A DNA stretch of 64,000 bases from an uncultured Candidatus Saccharibacteria bacterium (GTDB lineage Bacteria; Patescibacteriota; Saccharimonadia; CAILAD01; GCA-016700035), in NCBI GenBank assembly GCA_964583675.1, contig CAZOVH010000001.1, positions 145,754 to 209,753 of the forward strand, written 5' to 3'. Shown one piece after another: positions 9,475 to 17,301 of this stretch; position 1 is the first letter of the stretch; each line of letters begins with the position of its first letter. The position numbers were made by a program, and so were the translations under genes. The notes beneath the pieces are model-generated. The model was not told the origin of the DNA and made no database searches. It saw only the letters and a program-made list of their open reading frames with translations.

Positions 9475-10514
9475 CGCGCAACTTCGTTTTTAACAGTCTC
9501 CCACATCTCGGGCTTACCTTGGGTTTCTTTGAGCCAGTACCACCACTCGGCACCCCATAGGTACATGGTTTTTATCTGAGTTTGGCGAGCATACGTAAGA
9601 TTATCGCGGAGCTGCTTGGGGCTCATCGAGCGTTGGGCTTCTTCCCAGCTGAGCTCTTCATTACCGCGTGATCCCCAGGCTTCGCCTTGCAATTCATGAA
9701 TTGTTACGCGGGTATCACGATATGTCTCTATGAGTGCAGCTTTCCAAAAATTATAGATGCCGGTTTGTGGATATACATAATAACCAAACACATTGTTGTG
9801 CACCACGCGATACATCGAAAAGCCAAATGTTTCAGTATTTGGTCCCAGGAAAGGGAAGCCGTTTTGATTTGATTGCGTCAGTTCAATTGGGCGAGATGGG
9901 TCGAGTGTACGCACGGTTTCTATTTCTCGCGAGAGTGCTTCATTTGTGAGGTTTTGTTTTGGACATTCGCCAAAGGTTTTTAAGAGAAACTCATTCTCTA
10001 CCTGCCAAGATTCAATCGCTGGACTGTTTTTATAGCGATTCACGGTTTCCGTTATAAGCTCGTTGGTTCTTTCGGCAACTAACCCAGGGTTATTCTTATC
10101 GAGCCAAGCAGGATAAAAACATTCTGGCCAACGAATAACTTTTTGACCAACAACTACTTTAAGCTTGGCGTTACGCTTTTCGGCTTCTTGCACCATAAAA
10201 TCGAGTTCAGAGAAATCGTATTCACTCGGTGATTTTTCTATGCGATCCCAGTAGGTGGCCACGCGTATATTGCGGAAGCCTAGGTCATCAAGGGTGGCGA
10301 TATAGGCATCGCGCCAGTTAATACCAAAGCGATCAGCTTGTACTTGCGAAAAACTTACACCAATCACTTCGGTGTCATCTTTGTGGCGTAAGTAGAAGAT
10401 GGACATCATGAGCAGGTTCGATATAAATAGAAATCCCATAACTGAGGCCACGAAAGGCAGAGCTCCAGCTAGCCATGTAAGTTTTTTTGGTTGCTTTTTC
10501 ATTACTTGTAGCAT
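9471..10514 (-). CDS. Membrane-anchored clan GH-A glycoside hydrolase-like protein
   Basis: YWDRIE....YDFSELD, WQVENE (acid/base) and HELQGEAW (nucleophile) motifs; N-terminal TM. Confidence 0.7.
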   Translation of the reverse strand: MLQVMKKQPKKLTWLAGALPFVASVMGFLFISNLLMMSIFYLRHKDDTEVIGVSFSQVQADRFGINWRDAYIATLDDLGFRNIRVATYWDRIEKSPSEYDFSELDFMVQEAEKRNAKLKVVVGQKVIRWPECFYPAWLDKNNPGLVAERTNELITETVNRYKNSPAIESWQVENEFLLKTFGECPKQNLTNEALSREIETVRTLDPSRPIELTQSNQNGFPFLGPNTETFGFSMYRVVHNNVFGYYVYPQTGIYNFWKAALIETYRDTRVTIHELQGEAWGSRGNEELSWEEAQRSMSPKQLRDNLTYARQTQIKTMYLWGAEWWYWLKETQGKPEMWETVKNEVAR

Positions 10515-10547
10515 AGCGTGAGAATAGCGCGTTGGCGAGCCACAGCA

Positions 10548-10576
10548 TTGACGTCATATCTGTTGCGTCGTATAAT
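10548..10576 (+). promoter_or_regulatory. Near-consensus sigma70 promoter of tRNA-Asn
   Basis: TTGACG-17 nt-TATAAT. Confidence 0.85.
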
Positions 10577-10625
10577 TATGCGGTCGTCTAGCGCCGGTCA
10601 CGTGCCGGTTGTTAGACGGCAACCT

Positions 10626-10700
10626 TCCGGGGTAGCTCAGCGGTAGAGCAGTTGGCTGTTAACCAATTGGCCGCCGGTTCGAATCCGGCCCCCGGAGCCA
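10626..10700 (+). tRNA. tRNA-Asn(GTT)
   Basis: Cloverleaf with acceptor TCCGGGG/CCCCGGA, D arm GCTC/GAGC, anticodon GTT, T arm GCCGG-TTCGAAT-CCGGC and encoded CCA. Confidence 0.97.
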
Positions 10701-12158
10701 ATTTTGAGATTTAGAGCACCTAGCGATTACATCAAAGGGTGCTTTCAGGTTAAAAACGAGCTTTTTGTCCTGAATTACAAGGTTCGAAAGTAGGAAACGT
10801 AAAAGTTTGGATTTTAGTGCCGCTTTCGAACTTTTGAATAGCTGAGGAGCTTTTGTGGCTATCTCTAACAGATACGAACTGGTTAACATAAAACTTTTAT
10901 CATTATGCGTTAGATTAACTAACTGTTCGTCTAGCTGCTCTTGACGAGCCTTTAGGTCCTTAACGTATTCGTCATAGTCATTGAGAGTAATACGCCCATC
11001 TAGCCTGTCCTCGTACAATACACGCAGCTTTTTCTGTATCGTATCGTACTCTGTGCGTGTTTGTTCAATAGCGTTGGCGTAGTATAGCTGCTGATTATCG
11101 TGATGATTACGCAGTTCATCAATAACGTACTTTACAATATCCTCGTTCATTTCTAGCTGACCAATCATTTCAGCAACCTGTGGCACAAGGTCCTTTTCTT
11201 TGATGTGTGATTGCTTGCACGGACCTTTGCCTCTGCTGCACTGCATATAAACGTTACCCTTAGCCGTGTACGAGGATATGCTACAACCGCAGCTGCCACA
11301 TTTCAGCAAGCCATTGAACGTATAGTCAATTTTCTGCTTTTTGGTTCTGTTAGTGCCTCTCTGGTCGTTGACAGCTTGTACTTTATCAAACATCTTTCGG
11401 CTAATTAGCGGTTCGTACTTATGAGGGTACAGCTTGCCACTGTATCTCATAGTGCCGTAATAAAACGGATTTTTAAGTATTTGTTCAACGGTGCTTTGAC
11501 CAATGGGAGTTAACTTTGCCGTGTTATTTCTTAAACCCTCTTTTTTAAGCTGGGCTGCAATGCCCCTGTACGGCGTGCCAATTAAACGCAGTTCAAACGC
11601 CTTTTTAATGTAGGGTGCTCGTTCAGTATCTAATAGTACCGTCGTTTCTTTATCGCTAATTCTGTGATTAACGTAGCCAATCGGTGCTTTACCAGGCCAC
11701 TCGCCGTCATTCAGTTTCTGTTCAAATCTGCGTTTAACATTATCTCTGATACTGTCAGAGTAGTAGCGAGCAAGTGCAACGCCAATACCGAGCCTAAATA
11801 AGTCAGGAGCACCAGAGTTTTTGGTGACGCATAAGTTATCAGATGGGAAGTGTATCTCAATCTGACCGTCCTCACGCAGCTTGTTTAGGGTTTTAACTTC
11901 GTCTGTTGAACTGTCCCTTGTGTAGCGGTCTATTTTGTCAAACACGACAATACAATTTTCTGGGTAATTGCCTATACTATCAACAATCTTGCTAAACGTT
12001 TTGCGATTATCTTTATATGCACTCTCATCAAACTCAAACAGCTCATAATCGTAGTCTTTATCCTTTGCGTACTTTTCAAGCCGTAAAACCTGTGCAGGTA
12101 ATGCTTGTCTCTGTTCTGGGTCTGATACTCTTGCTATTAAAAATGCCTTAGTTTTCAT
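10659..12158 (-). CDS. Large serine recombinase (integrase), integrated-state form
   Basis: Catalytic ARVS, DKIDRYTR, APIGY, LKNPFYYG, zinc ribbon CGSCG...C...C, coiled coil; last codons overlap the tRNA antisense strand. Confidence 0.95.
   Translation of the reverse strand: MKTKAFLIARVSDPEQRQALPAQVLRLEKYAKDKDYDYELFEFDESAYKDNRKTFSKIVDSIGNYPENCIVVFDKIDRYTRDSSTDEVKTLNKLREDGQIEIHFPSDNLCVTKNSGAPDLFRLGIGVALARYYSDSIRDNVKRRFEQKLNDGEWPGKAPIGYVNHRISDKETTVLLDTERAPYIKKAFELRLIGTPYRGIAAQLKKEGLRNNTAKLTPIGQSTVEQILKNPFYYGTMRYSGKLYPHKYEPLISRKMFDKVQAVNDQRGTNRTKKQKIDYTFNGLLKCGSCGCSISSYTAKGNVYMQCSRGKGPCKQSHIKEKDLVPQVAEMIGQLEMNEDIVKYVIDELRNHHDNQQLYYANAIEQTRTEYDTIQKKLRVLYEDRLDGRITLNDYDEYVKDLKARQEQLDEQLVNLTHNDKSFMLTSSYLLEIATKAPQLFKSSKAALKSKLLRFLLSNLVIQDKKLVFNLKAPFDVIARCSKSQNWLRGPDSNRRPIG
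10693..10701 (+). repeat. attL core (tRNA 3' end)
   Basis: CGGAGCCAA identical to 17294-17302. Confidence 0.85.
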
Positions 12159-12209
12159 AGTTATTCCTTTCTCTGTTACTATGTACCATTATATACCAAT
12201 AGATAACAA

Positions 12210-13331
12210 TCATATAGAGCCTTTAATTTGGTCCATCTTTGTTGGCTCAAATTGTTCAAGCATTTGGTTAATGCCTGCTATTGTCTTGTATTGGACCTTT
12301 TGTGTTGGTTTTGTAAGTGGCTTTAGCCGTGTCCAAGCGTGTTTGCCGAAACGGTCCTCAAACAACGCTCTAACGTGACGCTGGTCGCTCGTTGTTAGCA
12401 GCAAAGCCATACCAAGCCGTGCAGCCGCTTGTTGCGGACCTTTCAGCTCATCTGTCTGTAAAATGTTAGCCAGCACCTTATACGGCTCATTACTGTCTAA
12501 CGCCAGTTTGGGCAGGTTAGTGAAAAAATTTTGCCAGTGGTGTTGCAACAACAGTTTTGACAGTTCGGTTGAGAACACGTTTTGAAATACCAGCGGCTTA
12601 TCAAATCCAACTGCTTTGAGTGCGTCAGTTATTTTCCTTTTGCCGTTCAGTCGAACTTCATAACGCATAACTGCTGTGGGCTGTGTCCGAGCTAACTGGT
12701 CTAGCAAATCAAGCTGAACAAAGTTGTCTTTTTCCTGTGACCGTTTTTCGCTAACTTTAGATTGCCTTAGGTCAGCCAGTTTGTCGTATATAGCAATATC
12801 AAGCGAGTTAGTATGAACGTGCAGCACATAACCGCCATTACGGAAGTTCGTGTTCTGTATATCGTAGGTTTTGCTTATGTCAGCTGTTCGTAGCATTTGC
12901 AACACAGCCGAGCAGGACGTATAGTCATCAAACACAAAGTTTTTGCTGTAATGTAACGCCCTTATCTCTGCTTGTTCAATCTGCTTGCTAAACAACCAAA
13001 CGCCCATTTCTCGGAGTGTTTGCTGTAATTTACTAACAACTGACGCAAAGTCGTTATCAATCAGCTCGTCAAAATTATTACCAAATGCAATCTTTGGCAG
13101 GCTCAACTCAATTGCCAACTCGTAACTAGCACGTTTGTAGCCTCTGGGACGCTGCGTATAGGTCAGACGTGGCTGATACTTGCCGAGCTTTTTAGTAGCT
13201 GCTGACGGATTAGCCATTGCTTTAAAATAGCCAAAGTAGTCAGGGTTTATGCTATCCAGCGTCGGTTGAAAGTTGGCTCTTGCGTGCAATGGTCTGTCCA
13301 TTTTTACTACCAGCTTTATTGTGTCTATCAT
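12210..13331 (-). CDS. Replication initiator, Rep_trans / phage II-X (CRI)-like
   Basis: MIDTIKL start, IELSLPK..FGNN, IYDK and MRYEVRL motifs recalled from this superfamily; start could be 13337 or 13340. Confidence 0.65.
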   Translation of the reverse strand: MIDTIKLVVKMDRPLHARANFQPTLDSINPDYFGYFKAMANPSAATKKLGKYQPRLTYTQRPRGYKRASYELAIELSLPKIAFGNNFDELIDNDFASVVSKLQQTLREMGVWLFSKQIEQAEIRALHYSKNFVFDDYTSCSAVLQMLRTADISKTYDIQNTNFRNGGYVLHVHTNSLDIAIYDKLADLRQSKVSEKRSQEKDNFVQLDLLDQLARTQPTAVMRYEVRLNGKRKITDALKAVGFDKPLVFQNVFSTELSKLLLQHHWQNFFTNLPKLALDSNEPYKVLANILQTDELKGPQQAAARLGMALLLTTSDQRHVRALFEDRFGKHAWTRLKPLTKPTQKVQYKTIAGINQMLEQFEPTKMDQIKGSI

Positions 13332-13599
13332 TGTCATCACGTCCTTTAAAAAGCTGCTGGCACTCGGCTACAACGGCTTGTTCAATCAGGTTGCCAACGT
13401 CCCTGCTAATTGGGTGGTATAGGTTTAACTCTTTACTACCGATTTTCTTGGTTGGGTAAGTAATACGGTATGAGCCGTCTAAACGGCTATGCACGCCAAT
13501 TGAGCCAAGATATAGGCTGTTGTCTATTACTACGCTGGCAAAGGCTAAAAGACCGCTAGTCGGCTTTATCGGTATGATATTTACCTCGCTAATTGTCAT
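13252..13599 (-). CDS. SpoVG-like nucleic-acid-binding protein
   Basis: MTISEVNI.P....GLLAFASVVIDN...I.V.......YP...HPI pattern typical of SpoVG; start moved to 13599. Confidence 0.8.
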   Translation of the reverse strand: MTISEVNIIPIKPTSGLLAFASVVIDNSLYLGSIGVHSRLDGSYRITYPTKKIGSKELNLYHPISRDVGNLIEQAVVAECQQLFKGRDDNDRHNKAGSKNGQTIARKSQLSTDAG

Positions 13600-13894
13600 T
13601 GCAATTCTCTTGACACTGTTCTGTTTTGCACGGACCTTCAAGCAATAGACTAATTTGTGCTCTTATCGCACGCATTTGCTTGTGGTCCAATTCGCTCAAA
13701 AGAGACTTAATTTTATTTGAGGTTCCATCGCCTGTTATGTCAGCAGGTAAGTAACCCTCTGCGACTTTCACAAGGTGTTCAACCTCGTTAATTTCAGCGT
13801 TCCAAACAATTACTTGGGCGGCATAAAGTCGGCAATCGTTGCACAACGCCATCACAGTATCAGCTACCCTTTGTTTTGTTTCATCGTTCATCAT
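13589..13894 (-). CDS. Hypothetical protein (element)
   Basis: ORF with GAAAGGA RBS, overlapping neighbours in an apparent operon. Confidence 0.65.
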   Translation of the reverse strand: MMNDETKQRVADTVMALCNDCRLYAAQVIVWNAEINEVEHLVKVAEGYLPADITGDGTSNKIKSLLSELDHKQMRAIRAQISLLLEGPCKTEQCQENCNDN

Positions 13895-14048
13895 CAATCC
13901 TTTCTTGTTCATTTAGTTCAAGGTCCATTTCTATCAGCACGTCAAAATAGCCAACGAGGTTGGCTGTTGCTACGTCATCTCGACCAAGCTCGGCAAGAAA
14001 CTCTTGCAAGCTGACGATGTTTGGCTGTTGGCTATTTTGCTGCTGCAT
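13881..14048 (-). CDS. Small acidic hypothetical protein (55 aa, not in ORF track)
   Basis: Hand translation MQQQNSQQPNIVSLQEFLAELGRDDVATANLVGYFDVLIEMDLELNEQERIDDER; fills the gap and overlaps the next start. Confidence 0.65.
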   Translation of the reverse strand: MQQQNSQQPNIVSLQEFLAELGRDDVATANLVGYFDVLIEMDLELNEQERIDDER

Positions 14049-14106
14049 ATAGCCATTACGACAAAACAGGCGTTTAGCCGAGTTTAAACCTGTGGATAAT
14101 TACAAT

Positions 14107-15357
14107 TTACAGATTAGTGCGATACTTAGGGTTTATGTATACCTCATAGTTCAAAAGTATAAAAAACTCAGTAATTTGACCTTTTGTGGCAGCTGCAATC
14201 TTGATGTTTAGAGCCTTAACGTAGCCTTTGATGATGTTATTGAAACTGTCCTCATTGCCATCAGTACCAGCGTGCATTGTAAATACCAGTTCCATAAGAT
14301 GGGTAACGTCCCATTTTTTCGTAAAGTTATCTATTGAACTAAAGAAAAAATCACAAAATCTGGCTTGTTTTGAGCTGCGTTGCACATCTACTTTGTAGCC
14401 TTTAAGTATGAGTTGTGAGCTTTCAATCTGAAACTTAATATCAGCGTAAGCAATTTTTGTAATGCCACTTTCCAACTTACCCATTACATACTGTTTTACT
14501 TCTGCAATCTGATTACTATTTGCTTTCAATTCTGTAAATAAAAGGTCGAGTTTGGCGGTGCTTACAAGCTGATAGTCATCGTCTATACGCTTAGTACGGC
14601 TTGTGTCACTAACAATCGTTACATTACCGTCTCGGTCAATTACCTCAATGTCATCAAGGTTAATCGTTTCAACAGGCGTAAACTTTGCAAATGTCGTACT
14701 TATAGAGGCTAGGTCAACTGCAAATGCCTTAACAATCATTTCGCTCATTGAATTTATGCTTTCAAACAGACTGCGTGTAAGGTTGGCGGCGTGAGCGGTT
14801 GCCATAAATGACTGCCCAATTATCCCATAAGTGATAGCCAGTTTTTGCTGCATAGCAGCAATTTGCTGAACAGGGACAATCAGGTTTGTCTGGAACTTTT
14901 GAGTTGCTAAGGCAAATCGCTGAGCGTCCTGTGCAATACGAGCCATTGGCAGGGTTTCTAGTGAGTTGAATATCTTGGCAATGCCTGAAAAGTCGTACTG
15001 AGCCGATATACGCTTGGCTATTTCAGCAGCCATTACATTTGCTTGTTCGAGCTGCTTTGCTTGTCTTGGTGTTAATAAATTGGGGTCTTTTTTCAGTAAC
15101 TCTTGCCACTCATCAACAGACAAGCCAGAACGATATTTTTTAGCGTCTAAGTTTAGGTCGTATTTATTTTGGTTGGTTATACGCCTATCACGAATAACGT
15201 GTGCTGGCGTAACCTCTGTCGGTGCTTGTTTAACAGGTAGAGTTATCTCTACTGGTTTAATGTTGTCGGTCTTTGGCTTTTTGACAGGCTGCTTAGCCGC
15301 TTTTGATTGCGGCTTTTTCTTGGGTTGTTTAGGCTGCTTGTCATCTTTTTTCATCAC
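14107..15357 (-). CDS. Hypothetical protein (element; Lys/Pro-rich N-terminus, helical middle)
   Basis: 416-aa ORF, no family recognised. Confidence 0.75.
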   Translation of the reverse strand: MMKKDDKQPKQPKKKPQSKAAKQPVKKPKTDNIKPVEITLPVKQAPTEVTPAHVIRDRRITNQNKYDLNLDAKKYRSGLSVDEWQELLKKDPNLLTPRQAKQLEQANVMAAEIAKRISAQYDFSGIAKIFNSLETLPMARIAQDAQRFALATQKFQTNLIVPVQQIAAMQQKLAITYGIIGQSFMATAHAANLTRSLFESINSMSEMIVKAFAVDLASISTTFAKFTPVETINLDDIEVIDRDGNVTIVSDTSRTKRIDDDYQLVSTAKLDLLFTELKANSNQIAEVKQYVMGKLESGITKIAYADIKFQIESSQLILKGYKVDVQRSSKQARFCDFFFSSIDNFTKKWDVTHLMELVFTMHAGTDGNEDSFNNIIKGYVKALNIKIAAATKGQITEFFILLNYEVYINPKYRTNL

Positions 15358-15427
15358 GTTTTTCCAAAACTGCTCTATCGCAGGTGTTCACATTCTTGTA
15401 TCATAATAGTATCAATTGTGAGGTTTT

Positions 15428-15616
15428 ATGTCATCAAAAGATTTACCAGAATTACTAACACTGAAACAAGCGAGCGAACTGCTGCAAGTACACCCAAACA
15501 CATTACGCAACTGGGATAACAACGGCACTCTTAAAGCTGTCCGTATTGGTGGGCGTAGTTTACGACGTTATAAAAAAAGCGATTTATTAAAATTTGTAGA
15601 ACAACCAAAAAAGTAA
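15428..15616 (+). CDS. Excisionase-like MerR/HTH_17 DNA-binding protein
   Basis: LLTLKQASELLQVHPNTLRNWD..G.L...RRY pattern. Confidence 0.85.
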   Translation: MSSKDLPELLTLKQASELLQVHPNTLRNWDNNGTLKAVRIGGRSLRRYKKSDLLKFVEQPKK

Positions 15617-15631
15617 TGAAAGGGGTTAATT

Positions 15632-16261
15632 GTGTCCTTATTTGATAAATTAAAAGACGCTAGTGATAAAGCAGGTAAGTCAGCCGCTGGTGCATACGAA
15701 AAGCATAAAGAAAAAGTAGCTGCGACTAAAGAGGCTCGTGGCAATACGCTCAAAGCAGTATCACTAGATTATATGGGCGGATACAGCGACTACAAAAAAG
15801 CAAAGGGCATACTAACGTTTTACGAGAAACAAACTGAGTTTAGTAGTCCATTATCAACAAAGTTCACAATCATCAATGACCAAGTATCTAACATTGTTAT
15901 TGAGGGCAAAGATGATGTTAGCAGACGTGTAACAGTAACTCGGCTATTAGCGGTTGGTATTTTTGCATTTGCCTTAAAAAAGAAAAAGAAAGAAAAAGAG
16001 GCATACCTGACGGTAGAGTTGTCAGACGGTCAAGAGGTTATATTTTTTGTTGATAACAATTCGCCTATGGAATTAAAGACTAAACTAGCAAAAGTTGTAT
16101 CTTTGGTTAAACAGGCTGGCGTATCTAGTAGTAACGCCCAAGCAGTACAAAACCAGCAAGTTAGCGTAGCAGATGAGCTGGCAAAACTGGCAAAACTCAA
16201 AGAACAGGGCGTAATTACCCAAGATGAGTTTGATAAGAAAAAGACTGAGTTGCTGGGCTAA
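15632..16261 (+). CDS. SHOCT domain protein
   Basis: C-terminal SVADELAKLAKLKEQGVITQDEFDKKKTELL; internal hydrophobic segment. Confidence 0.85.
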   Translation: MSLFDKLKDASDKAGKSAAGAYEKHKEKVAATKEARGNTLKAVSLDYMGGYSDYKKAKGILTFYEKQTEFSSPLSTKFTIINDQVSNIVIEGKDDVSRRVTVTRLLAVGIFAFALKKKKKEKEAYLTVELSDGQEVIFFVDNNSPMELKTKLAKVVSLVKQAGVSSSNAQAVQNQQVSVADELAKLAKLKEQGVITQDEFDKKKTELLG

Positions 16262-16345
16262 AAACGCTTGGTCATTTTGCAGCCGAAAAAATTCGGCATT
16301 TCATAGGTGGTATCCCAAGTCTAGTAACTAAGGGGTAATACCCCC

Positions 16346-16852
16346 CTAGTCGTTGAGGTGTGCTATGGCGTAATCAGCCTCAGCTGCGGTAAATTGACCG
16401 CCTTGTGCTGATACCAGTTGGTCACGAACACCAGCTGGTGACAGGTGCAAATCATTTTGATATGTCTTTGCCTGAGCAAGAGCGTTTGCGTTCCAATCTG
16501 CTTTTACGTTATCTACGGCGTATTGTGCTGCCTCTGGCTTAAACTTACCGCCATATTCAGAGACCAGTTGGTCATATAAACCTTTTTTTGACAGGTGTAA
16601 ACTGTTTGCATAAGTATCAGCCTGTGCGAGAGCAGATTTGTACTCAGCTGGTACGGCAGGTTCTTTCTTTTCTGCTGGCTTAGCCTCAGCTGCTTGCTTG
16701 GTTTCACTACTCGCTGGCGTGCTGTTATTTGAGGTATTTGTGTCAGTACCGCCACTTGCTGCACTTACAATAACAATCAGTAAGATAAAACCGAGTATTC
16801 CTGATAAAACCTTGTGTCTCTTAAACCAATTACCTTGTTTTTTATCTGCCAT
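16346..16852 (-). CDS. Ltp-family host-cell surface-exposed protein (superinfection-exclusion type)
   Basis: Two Ltp repeats (AL.QA.TY...LHLS..G..DQLVS..GG.F....A.YA); N-terminal TM, no lipobox Cys. Confidence 0.85.
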   Translation of the reverse strand: MADKKQGNWFKRHKVLSGILGFILLIVIVSAASGGTDTNTSNNSTPASSETKQAAEAKPAEKKEPAVPAEYKSALAQADTYANSLHLSKKGLYDQLVSEYGGKFKPEAAQYAVDNVKADWNANALAQAKTYQNDLHLSPAGVRDQLVSAQGGQFTAAEADYAIAHLND

Positions 16853-16888
16853 TACAAACTATCCTTTCATTTGATTATAGTTATCGTC

Positions 16889-16946
16889 AGTATATACCAT
16901 TTGCTTACATTTGTCAGTGGTTACTTACAATTGTAAGCAATACGCT
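16889..16946. promoter_or_regulatory. Divergent ltp/xre promoter with tandem palindromic operators
   Basis: CTTACATTTGTCAG (16904-16917) and perfect CTTACAATTGTAAG (16924-16937); minus-strand CTGACA-17-TATACT; plus-strand TACGCT 7 nt before the GTG start. Confidence 0.7.
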
Positions 16947-16953
16947 AAAAGAT

Positions 16954-17181
16954 GTGAAAACATCATCTGTCGAACACATCTATACCGAACTAGGCAAGCG
17001 TATTGTTAAGGCACGTAATGATAAGGGTATGAGCCAAGAAAAACTAGCTGCTACTAGCGGAATTGACCGTTCACATATGGGGTTTATAGAGCAAGGTCGT
17101 AGAAAGCCAACACTATCTACACTGTTTAAAATTGCTAAGTCGCTTGATATGTCGCTGGAACAACTGTTTAAAGGTTTATAG
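16954..17181 (+). CDS. XRE-family HTH regulator, R-M controller (C-protein)-like
   Basis: LGKRI..AR..KGMSQEKLA..SGIDRSHMGFIEQGRRKPTL.TL.KIA. Confidence 0.9.
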   Translation: MKTSSVEHIYTELGKRIVKARNDKGMSQEKLAATSGIDRSHMGFIEQGRRKPTLSTLFKIAKSLDMSLEQLFKGL

Positions 17182-17301
17182 TCCGCCAAACGACAATGCA
17201 AGGTCAGGCTCATATTGTCTGACGGTTGCTGCTAAATCTTCAAATTCGTAATCCTCAAAGTTATTGCTGGCAGTTCGTAGAGTTTCCACTAGACGGAGCC
17301 A
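17176..17301 (-). other. Stranded 3' end of the recombinase gene (in frame only after excision)
   Basis: Reads WLR-LVETLRTASNNFEDYEFEDLAATVRQYEPDLALSFGGL-stop in the integrase frame across the att core; no start codon or RBS at its 5' end. Confidence 0.75.
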
